From positions 1 to 52,346 of the forward strand of contig JAILGI010000044.1 of the NCBI GenBank assembly GCA_024696885.1: a stretch of 52,346 bases of DNA, read 5' to 3'. How positions within the stretch are numbered: the first letter of the stretch is position 1; every line of letters begins with the position of its first letter. The DNA comes from Bacilli bacterium. GTDB lineage: Bacteria; Bacillota_I; Bacilli_A; RFN20; CAG-826. The translations under genes and the position numbers were made by a program. The notes under the pieces are model-generated. The model was not told the origin of the DNA. It was given only the letters and a program-made list of their open reading frames with translations, and made no database searches. Positions 45,142 through 52,346 of this stretch are shown in pieces.

Positions 45142-46287
45142 TTAATCTTTCTTAATCTTGCTAACTGTTTCCTTTAAAGCAGCGCCTTTAGGGAAAATAA
45201 CACGGATAATTTGGCCTTTAGCTTCAAAGCTAATCCAACCTAAACCGGTAATGGAGATATCGTGTCTTTGACCATCGTTTTCCATGGTGTATTCGAATAA
45301 ATCGTAATCAGTGAAACTGAAGAATCTTTCACTAACTGGTCTTAAAGAACGTTTGATGACATTTTCTCTAAAGAAAGAGTCGACTTTTTCGTTCTTCATC
45401 TTCTTGAATTCATTGCCTTCTGCACCATAGAAGGTGATGCGTGTTTTCTTACCTTCAATTAAGGTAAATGCCGCTAAAGAACCAACAACAAAGGCTTCGC
45501 CTTCATCTAATGTGGCTTTTTCTGCTTTTACTTCTTTTCTTGGTGTAATAATAGCGCGTGTTTCTTTTTCCACTTTGCCTAAAACGGATGTATTGAGTGA
45601 GAAACCAGGTAATTCATAGAAAAATGATGAGTTACTAAGAGGAATCTCCAACACTTTCACTGTGGTGTGTGGGTAGTATTCAGTTTTAATCGCACGTTTG
45701 GATTTATTGCTATATCCTTTGAGCATCTTATTGATGATGGAAGTTTTACCAGAGGCAAGAGAACCGATCATATATGCATCGTGCCCTTGTCTTGTTTTAT
45801 TTAAAGCTTCTAATAATTCACCAGGAACGATATTTTCGGTATTACCGAAGAGTCTCACAGAATGTGGAGTGATTCCTGCTTCTTTAAAACGATCGATGAC
45901 AAATTGTTTTAAAGCTTCTTCATCAGTATGCTTTGGCATTAAATCAAGTTTGGTACCAAACACGACGATTTTTAGTTTCTTTATTTTTTTAACAACTTCT
46001 GGGTTTAACGTGCCATTAAAGGAAATTAAATCGACAACCCAAATAATGAGAGCGTCAGTAGCAACGGCATCATCGAGGATTTTTAAGATATCATCATCAG
46101 CATCGAGTTCGAGCATACCAGTATTGATAGCTTTCATCTTCTCGTAGCAGTTATGGCAATAAAGAACGCGATTTTCAGCGCCTTCCACCATTAAATCTTT
46201 TCCAATGAAGCCACTTTCAGATTTTTTCATACTTTGTAAGACCGCACCACAGTTGTAGCAGCGCATAACTCTTCTAACTTTTCCCAT
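45142..46287 (-). CDS. yqeH: ribosome biogenesis GTPase YqeH
   Basis: N-terminal zinc finger CYNCG...CHNCY, and a circularly permuted G domain (GTKLD then GSLASGKTS). Confidence 0.85.
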   Translation of the reverse strand: MGKVRRVMRCYNCGAVLQSMKKSESGFIGKDLMVEGAENRVLYCHNCYEKMKAINTGMLELDADDDILKILDDAVATDALIIWVVDLISFNGTLNPEVVKKIKKLKIVVFGTKLDLMPKHTDEEALKQFVIDRFKEAGITPHSVRLFGNTENIVPGELLEALNKTRQGHDAYMIGSLASGKTSIINKMLKGYSNKSKRAIKTEYYPHTTVKVLEIPLSNSSFFYELPGFSLNTSVLGKVEKETRAIITPRKEVKAEKATLDEGEAFVVGSLAAFTLIEGKKTRITFYGAEGNEFKKMKNEKVDSFFRENVIKRSLRPVSERFFSFTDYDLFEYTMENDGQRHDISITGLGWISFEAKGQIIRVIFPKGAALKETVSKIKKD

Positions 46288-46837
46288 AAAGAGTCCTCCA
46301 ATCTATTAATTTGCCTTTTTTGGCGTAATGTTTTCGCATTGGTCGATCAATAAGACGATTAAAATGTGTTGTCCATTGGTCTTCTTTAACTATTTTATCA
46401 GTTAAAACCATCCTAATGTTAGCCTTATTTGCCATTCCAGCATCAGTAACTAATTGATCACCCACCATCATTGTCTCGTCAACGTTAATACTCTTTTGAG
46501 CGATTAAGCGCTTAATCTTTCTCGCAAATGGCTTTCTAGCACTATACATGCATTCCAAGCCTAAATTCTTAGCATAGGATGTAACGCGTTTACCTTTATT
46601 ATTAGAAATAATAATGGGGGTAATACCAGCTTCAATAACTTTAGCGATGTATTCCTTTGTTCTTTCCGTAGGAACATAAAGGCGATAGCTATCAAGTGTA
46701 TTGTCTAAATCAACAAATAAGGTTTTGACATTGTGTTGAACGAAGAAATCAACATCAATTTCGAATAGTGATTTAGCATGAACAAATACTTTCCTGGATA
46801 AACACATGTAATTATTATAGCGAAATCGTTCTTTCAT
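46274..46837 (-). CDS. yqeG: YqeG-family HAD-IIIA phosphatase
   Basis: LFVDLDNTL and MMVGDQLVTD motifs. The true start may be the internal ATG at 46807 (MCLSRK...), which sits 6 nt after a TATAAT box. Confidence 0.8.
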   Translation of the reverse strand: MKERFRYNNYMCLSRKVFVHAKSLFEIDVDFFVQHNVKTLFVDLDNTLDSYRLYVPTERTKEYIAKVIEAGITPIIISNNKGKRVTSYAKNLGLECMYSARKPFARKIKRLIAQKSINVDETMMVGDQLVTDAGMANKANIRMVLTDKIVKEDQWTTHFNRLIDRPMRKHYAKKGKLIDWRTLYGKS

Positions 46838-46865
46838 TTATAGACAAAAGTCATAAATGATTAAA

Positions 46866-46899
46866 AAATGAAAAAGAAAAACCGATTTTATTCGGTTTT
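46866..46899 (-). terminator. rho-independent terminator after parC
   Basis: The minus strand reads AAAACCGA-ATAAAA-TCGGTTTT, then TCTTTTTC. Confidence 0.7.
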
Positions 46900-46913
46900 C
46901 TATATAATTATAT

Positions 46914-46941
46914 CTACTAATTATCTACTAGTTTATTACTA
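46914..46941 (-). repeat. 11-bp-phased TAGTAG array, locus E (3 units)
   Basis: + strand cores CTACTA 46914, CTACTA 46925, TTACTA 46936, spaced exactly 11 bp, between the parC stop and its terminator. Confidence 0.85.
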
Positions 46942-46952
46942 GAATTTTAATT

Positions 46953-46970
46953 TAACATATTAATATGTTA
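46953..46970. repeat. perfect 18-bp AT-rich palindrome
   Basis: TAACATATT/AATATGTTA abuts the parC stop codon (46971..46973). Confidence 0.85.
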
Positions 46971-49694
46971 TTAATCTAAATCATCAAAGAGGTTCATCTG
47001 TTCGAATGTGCCTGCTTTGTCTTTATTCTTTTCTTCCTTTTTCTTTTCCTTTTTCTCCACTACAGGAGCAGGATTTTCTTCAACAGGAGACACCGCTTCT
47101 TCCACTTCGGCTTCTTCTTGAACCGTTTCGTTTTCTAAGAGTTCAACTTCTTCATTAGCGGATTCTTCTGCTTCTTCTTCATCTGGATGAACGACTTGTT
47201 GAACTAGATATGATTTAAGCGCTTTGTCAATTCTTTCTAAGTCAGTATCATAAGCAGCGTTAACGAATGTTCTTGCTGGTATAGAGATGTTCTTCTTTGC
47301 GTATTTACCAGCGTCTGTAAGACTTAAATCTTCTAAAAGAAGATTAAATACACTTTGATCACTTAAACATAAGTTTGCGGTAAATGGTTTAGTCTTGTCC
47401 TTAACTTTTAAAGCAGCAACGATTTTATGGATATCACCTTTAAAGCAAGGCATTAACAATTGTACTTTTCCTAAACGGTTCGTGCGTGGGAACCTATTAT
47501 TATCGCTTACGCGTTCGTGCGCTTTATCGGTAATGACCACGAATTTGCTTTTTTCGCCCTCTGTGAACGCTAAAAGGGCGGCCAATGAGTTCTTACCTAA
47601 CTGTGCAATAGATTTCACGCCTCCGGCCTTACTTCCGAGAATTGTTAAATCATTTTCATTAAACAAGGAAGCGTTACCATTACTTGTTATTACAAGTAAA
47701 TCACAATTGCCTGTTAAGATTTGCACACCGACAACTTCGTCTCCATTTAAGAGTTTCATACATCTTAATGGACGTGAGCGTTTGGAGAAAACTAAAGATG
47801 AAACGAGCATTCTCTTAATTTGACCGAACTTTGTTAAGATACCAAAGCAAATATCGTTTCTAAAATCAGAAACCGCGAATCCTTTGATAATCTTTTCGCC
47901 TGGTCCCAAGGTCACAAATGTGTTGAGGTGAGTACCTTCATCCTTCCATTTGTTATCGGTTAATTTATGGACTGGAATGCAGACATAATTACCTAAATTT
48001 GTGAAAGAAAGGAGATAGTCAGTTGTAAAACAACTGCCGTAAGTAACTAAGGTGTCACCGCTCTTAATACCTGGAAGCGCATTTTCACCACTTCCACGAT
48101 AAGACTTAACACTGGATCTCTTTAAATAGCCATCGCGAGTTAAGGAGATATAACATTCTTCTTTGGCGATTAATTGACGTTTATCAATTGGGCCAACTTC
48201 GCCTTTTTCTTCAATTGTTGTTCTTCTTTCATCGCCGTATTTATCAGCAATTGCTCTTAGATCTTTAACGATGACGCGATTAAGCTTATTAGGATCTTCG
48301 ATAATTGTTTTTAAAGTTTCAATATCGGCTTCTAATTGTTTTTTCTCCTTAAGGAGAATTTCTTCATCAGTGTGACTTAACTTGTATAAAGGCATGGTCA
48401 CGATAGCTTCTGCTTGTTCATTAGAGAAACCAAAGCGTTTCATCAAATTGACTTTACTATCGGCTTTGTCTTTACTCTTCTTGATAATGTCAACGACTTC
48501 GTTAATATTTAACGAAGCGGTAATCAAACCATCGACAATATGTAATCTTTCTGAGAATTTTGCTAAGTCAAATTTGCTCTTTCTTAAGACGACATCTACT
48601 TGGTGAGCAATATAGGAATCGACATAGTCGATTAATGATAATGTTTTTGGTGTTCCGTCCACGATTGCGACGATATTTGCCGAATAACTAGTCAATAATG
48701 GCGTTTTGTTCATCAAATATTTGAGTAAAAGATCCGCTTTTGCGTCTTTTTTACAATCGATAACGATTCTAATACCCTTCCAATCGGATTCATCACGGAT
48801 TTCAATCATACCGGAAACCGATTTTGCGTGGATAATTTTGTCTATTTCATAGACAAGTTGTGATTTAACCACTTTATATGGGATTTCTGTAATGATAATT
48901 TGAATGATGTCTTTTTGAGGGACAATTTCGGTTCTTGCCGCGACTTCAATACGGCCTCTACCGGTTAAATAGATGTTTTTTAAACCTTCTGAACGATAGA
49001 TGATGCCACCACCAGGGAAGTCTGGGCCTTGGACAAATTGGAGTAAATCCTCCACTGTTGCGTTTTTATGGTTGATGCGATAAATAATAGCATCAATAAG
49101 TTCTCTTAAATTGTGAGGTGGTATTTCAGTTGCTAAAGCAACTGCGATACCTTCTGTACCATTGACAAATAAGTTAGGAAAACGTGCTGGTAAGACAGTT
49201 GGCTCTAATTCGGTATCATCGAAGTTAAGTTGCATATCAACGGTCTTTTTATCGATGTCTCGAATTAATTCATTACTTAATTCGGCAAGGCGAGATTCGG
49301 TATAACGATAGGCGGCTGGTTGGTCACCATCGATAGAACCATTGTTGCCTTGGAAATTGATTAAAGGATAGCGAACCTTCCAATCTTGGCTCATACGAGC
49401 CAAAGCTTCATAAATTGATGTATCACCATGTGGGTGGAAAGTACCCATCACAGCACCAACTGTATGAGCACATTTTCTTGTTGGCTTGTTAAAAGTGTTT
49501 CCACTTTTGTACATGGAGAAAATGATTCTTCTTTGGACTGGTTTTAATCCATCACGAACATCTGGGATAGCACGATCTTGAATGACATACTTGGCATATG
49601 TGGCATAGCGATCAGACATCACATTTTCTAATGGTTCAAGAGAAATATTCTCTTGGATGATTTCTTCGACTACTTTAGCGTTCTTTTTTGCCAT
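46971..49694 (-). CDS. parC: DNA topoisomerase IV subunit A (GyrA/ParC family) with a long acidic C-terminal tail
   Basis: Active-site context AAYRYTESRLA. ParC is preferred over GyrA because of the plsY-parE-parC synteny known from Bacillus and Staphylococcus. 907 aa. Confidence 0.75.
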   Translation of the reverse strand: MAKKNAKVVEEIIQENISLEPLENVMSDRYATYAKYVIQDRAIPDVRDGLKPVQRRIIFSMYKSGNTFNKPTRKCAHTVGAVMGTFHPHGDTSIYEALARMSQDWKVRYPLINFQGNNGSIDGDQPAAYRYTESRLAELSNELIRDIDKKTVDMQLNFDDTELEPTVLPARFPNLFVNGTEGIAVALATEIPPHNLRELIDAIIYRINHKNATVEDLLQFVQGPDFPGGGIIYRSEGLKNIYLTGRGRIEVAARTEIVPQKDIIQIIITEIPYKVVKSQLVYEIDKIIHAKSVSGMIEIRDESDWKGIRIVIDCKKDAKADLLLKYLMNKTPLLTSYSANIVAIVDGTPKTLSLIDYVDSYIAHQVDVVLRKSKFDLAKFSERLHIVDGLITASLNINEVVDIIKKSKDKADSKVNLMKRFGFSNEQAEAIVTMPLYKLSHTDEEILLKEKKQLEADIETLKTIIEDPNKLNRVIVKDLRAIADKYGDERRTTIEEKGEVGPIDKRQLIAKEECYISLTRDGYLKRSSVKSYRGSGENALPGIKSGDTLVTYGSCFTTDYLLSFTNLGNYVCIPVHKLTDNKWKDEGTHLNTFVTLGPGEKIIKGFAVSDFRNDICFGILTKFGQIKRMLVSSLVFSKRSRPLRCMKLLNGDEVVGVQILTGNCDLLVITSNGNASLFNENDLTILGSKAGGVKSIAQLGKNSLAALLAFTEGEKSKFVVITDKAHERVSDNNRFPRTNRLGKVQLLMPCFKGDIHKIVAALKVKDKTKPFTANLCLSDQSVFNLLLEDLSLTDAGKYAKKNISIPARTFVNAAYDTDLERIDKALKSYLVQQVVHPDEEEAEESANEEVELLENETVQEEAEVEEAVSPVEENPAPVVEKKEKKKEEKNKDKAGTFEQMNLFDDLD

Positions 49695-49695
49695 A

Positions 49696-51639
49696 CTATT
49701 TGACCTCCTTTAAGAAGGTGTCTACTTCGTTGAAGTCAACGTTTTCTTCAACCCATTTCTTTCTTGCTGTGGTGTCTTTGCCCATCAATGTTTGCACTCT
49801 TGATTCCGCTAATAAGGGGTCTTCGATGTCAACACGAATTAATAAACGAGAACGTGGATCCATGGTGGTTTCTTTAAGTTGAACAGCATCCATTTCACCA
49901 AGACCTTTATAACGGGAAACTTTATATCCAGCACCGATTTTCTTTTTACAAGCTTCTAAGCCTTCATCGTCCCAAGCGTACTCTTGTTTAATCTTATGGT
50001 TCTCTTCTTTATATATTCTATATAAAGGTGGAACAGCAATATAAACATTTCCGTTGGTGATGAGAGGTCTCATAAAGTGATAGAAAAATGTCAAAAGTAA
50101 GGTTTGAATATGAGCACCATCGGTATCAGCATCTGTCATGATGATGATTTTGCCGTAATGGATGTCTTCAATATTGAAAGTTTGGCCAAAACCCGCACCA
50201 ATGGTGTTAATAATGGTCGCAATTTCTTCATTTTTCATGACTGTGGAGATAGAAAGACCATCAGTATTTAATGGTTTACCTCTAAGAGGTAAAATGGCTT
50301 GATGTAATCTATCTCTACCCTTTTTAGCACTACCACCAGCGGAATCACCTTCTACGATGAATAATTCGTTTTTGAGGTAATCTTTGCTTTGGGCAGGTGT
50401 TAATTTATCAGAAAGAATGACCTCGTTTTTGACTTTTTTCACACTACGAGCATCATCTTTTGCTTTTCTTGCAGCGATTCTTGCAGCTTGAGAATCCAAG
50501 CATTTTTTAATAATGATTGTGGCGAGTTCCTTATTTTCGGTTAAATAATAAGTAAACTTATTGTAAATGAAATTTTGCACAATGTAGGTTGCTTCTTGGG
50601 TACCTAATTTGCCCTTTGTTTGACCTTCGAATTCAAGTAAAGCTTCTGGGATTTTAAGGGAAATTATGGCGGTGAGACCTTCTCTAACATCATTTCCGTC
50701 TAATTTTTTACCATGCAAAATATTGTATGTTTCACCGAAGTCATTGACCGCTCTTGTGATACCTGTTCTAAAGCCAGTTTCATGTGTTCCACCTTCTTTA
50801 GTTCTCACGTTATTGACGTAAGAAAGGATGGTTTCGTTGTAGTCTTCAGAGCAGTATTGCAAAGCAATCTCCATATCAATTCCGGTGTTTTCATCAGTTT
50901 CTGAAAAGGCGGTAATTGGGGTCAATTCCTTCTTATTTACGTTGATATGTTGGACATATTCCACTAGTCCATTTTCACAGTAAAACTCTTGGTTATCACC
51001 GGTTCTTTCGTCGATTAAAACGAACATCACACCCTTCATTAAGAAGGCGCTTTCTTGGAGGTGACCAGCGATAGTTTCACGCTTAAAATCGACCGTAGAA
51101 AAGATGGTAGGATCAGGCTTAAAACGGACTAAAGTACCATGCCTTTTGGTACCCCCTAATTGCTCTAATGGAGTGACTAGATGACCACCATTTTCAAAGC
51201 GGATATGATTAACTACACCGTTTAAATAAACGGTGACGTCGCACCAAAGTGATAAAGCATTGGTTACAGAAGCACCAACACCATGAAGGCCAGCAGCGGA
51301 CTTATAAACCGCACTATTGAACTTGCCACCAGCATGCAATTCTGTGAAGACAATTTCTACAGCGGGACGGCCTGTTTCTTTATTGATTCCGCAGGGAATT
51401 CCTCTTCCTTCATCAAGGACAGAAACGGAACCATCTTTATGAATGGTGACAGTGATTTTATTACCAAATCCAGAGAGAGCTTCATCAACAGCGTTATCAA
51501 CAACTTCCCACACTAAATGATGCAAACCAGTTGCGTTTGTGGAACCGATATACATTGCTGGTCTTTTTCTCACACCTTCAAGGCCTTGAAGAATGTGAAT
51601 ATCATCAGCACCATAAGATAACTTTTCGTTAATCGCCAT
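49696..51639 (-). CDS. parE: DNA topoisomerase IV subunit B (GyrB/ParE family)
   Basis: GHKL ATPase (EVVDNAVDEA, GLHGVG), Toprim EGDSAGGSAK, DADTDGAHI; RBS GGAGGG. Confidence 0.75.
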   Translation of the reverse strand: MAINEKLSYGADDIHILQGLEGVRKRPAMYIGSTNATGLHHLVWEVVDNAVDEALSGFGNKITVTIHKDGSVSVLDEGRGIPCGINKETGRPAVEIVFTELHAGGKFNSAVYKSAAGLHGVGASVTNALSLWCDVTVYLNGVVNHIRFENGGHLVTPLEQLGGTKRHGTLVRFKPDPTIFSTVDFKRETIAGHLQESAFLMKGVMFVLIDERTGDNQEFYCENGLVEYVQHINVNKKELTPITAFSETDENTGIDMEIALQYCSEDYNETILSYVNNVRTKEGGTHETGFRTGITRAVNDFGETYNILHGKKLDGNDVREGLTAIISLKIPEALLEFEGQTKGKLGTQEATYIVQNFIYNKFTYYLTENKELATIIIKKCLDSQAARIAARKAKDDARSVKKVKNEVILSDKLTPAQSKDYLKNELFIVEGDSAGGSAKKGRDRLHQAILPLRGKPLNTDGLSISTVMKNEEIATIINTIGAGFGQTFNIEDIHYGKIIIMTDADTDGAHIQTLLLTFFYHFMRPLITNGNVYIAVPPLYRIYKEENHKIKQEYAWDDEGLEACKKKIGAGYKVSRYKGLGEMDAVQLKETTMDPRSRLLIRVDIEDPLLAESRVQTLMGKDTTARKKWVEENVDFNEVDTFLKEVK

Positions 51640-51681
51640 TGACTATCCCTCCGTTAGTTTCTTAATTATATACAAATTAAG

Positions 51682-51709
51682 TTGCATTTATAAAGCAATT
51701 TAGTATAAT
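51682..51709 (+). promoter_or_regulatory. candidate promoter of plsY
   Basis: TTGCAT (51682..51687), a 16-nt spacer, then TATAAT (51704..51709). Confidence 0.4.
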
Positions 51710-51737
51710 AATCGGCAGGCAAAAAAGGAGGAAAATT

Positions 51738-52346
51738 ATGAATATATTTTACAATATATTAAGCGCTCTCTTCTGTTTAATTTTAGGTTATTTTTTTGGT
51801 TCAATTCCAACGGCAGTTTGGATTGGTAAAGCCTTTTTCCATCGTGATCCAAGATTAGAAGGCAGCAAAAATGCTGGAGGTACAAATGCTGGTCGTTTGT
51901 TTGGCAAAAAGATCGGTGTTTTAGTCATCTTCCTCGACATGCTCAAACTCATTCTTCCAATGTATTTATGCTTTTTGATGTTTACATACATCAAATTTGG
52001 TAATTCTCCTTTATGCCCAAAACCAGAAGAATTTGATCAATTTGGCTTAAATTATCACTATATTGTCGGTTGGCCAGTGTATTGGTTAGCTGTCGTTGGT
52101 TGCGTTGTTGGCCATTGTTGGCCATTTTTTGCCTCCTTTAAAGGTGGCAAAGGTGTTTCCTGCTATATGGGCACCGTTTGTGCCTCTACTTGGATGCTTG
52201 GATTGATCCCTGGTTTAACCTATTTCTTGTTCTTGAAGATTACAAAAAAGGTCTCTTTAACAAGCATTATCGTCTCTATTTTAATCACTGTTGTCACCTG
52301 GGTTTGGATCATCTTATTCATGCTTGGAGTGATTCCAACAAACCTC
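51738..52346 (+). CDS. plsY: glycerol-3-phosphate acyltransferase PlsY (3' end outside the window)
   Basis: Not in the ORF track because it is open-ended. RBS AAGGAGG, then ATG 51738. Translation: MNIFYNILSALFCLILGYFFGSIPTAVWIGK...GSKNAGGTNAGR...HCWPFFASFKGGKGVS, which are PlsY signature motifs. Confidence 0.85.
   Translation, partial: MNIFYNILSALFCLILGYFFGSIPTAVWIGKAFFHRDPRLEGSKNAGGTNAGRLFGKKIGVLVIFLDMLKLILPMYLCFLMFTYIKFGNSPLCPKPEEFDQFGLNYHYIVGWPVYWLAVVGCVVGHCWPFFASFKGGKGVSCYMGTVCASTWMLGLIPGLTYFLFLKITKKVSLTSIIVSILITVVTWVWIILFMLGVIPTNL

Noticed and set aside
1-52346. Possibility of Mollicutes-type code 4 (TGA=Trp), CRISPR arrays, IS elements/transposases, or rRNA/tRNA genes.
   Set aside because: All conserved proteins are full length with TGA as a stop (the first ABC gene, xseA and dinB end in TGA). 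No repeat-spacer arrays, terminal inverted repeats, transposase-like ORFs or tRNA-like cloverleaf candidates were seen in any intergenic region.

Overview
A 52.3-kb chromosomal segment from a low-GC Bacillota genome. The lineage cannot be fixed from sequence alone; the gene content and fusions suggest an Erysipelotrichia-like organism. The standard genetic code applies, since all conserved genes are full length with TGA as a stop. Almost the whole window is housekeeping DNA. Its blocks are syntenic with Bacillus subtilis: tig-lon-ysxC, T-box-valS, radC, rplU-ysxB(prp)-rpmA-obg, nadE, ruvAB, secDF-recJ-(ABC exporter pair)-relA-hisS-aspS, tkt, yqhY(asp23)-nusB-xseAB-dxs, dinB, ripX(xerD)-drm(deoB), yqeG-yqeH-yqeI-nadD/yqeK, and plsY-parE-parC. 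I found no rRNA, tRNA, CRISPR array, IS element or prophage. Points worth a second look, with the first three ranked highest: (1) a dispersed family of exactly 11-bp-phased TAGTAG direct-repeat arrays at five intergenic loci, matching no motif I can name; (2) a 28-bp dif-like Xer site at 43648..43675, exactly where gene orientation flips from + to -, so it is the probable replication terminus; (3) next to it, a solitary long MazF/PemK-fold protein with no antitoxin gene; (4) a 60-aa double-glycine-leader peptide translationally coupled to radC, with no cognate exporter; (5) a GT8-glycosyltransferase/PlsC-acyltransferase fusion coupled to a CrtO-like membrane protein; (6) a ParC with a long acidic tail ending in a beta-clamp-binding-like QMNLF motif that mirrors the QMSLF of the local Pol IV. 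All product calls come from motif recognition and synteny from memory; no searches were run.
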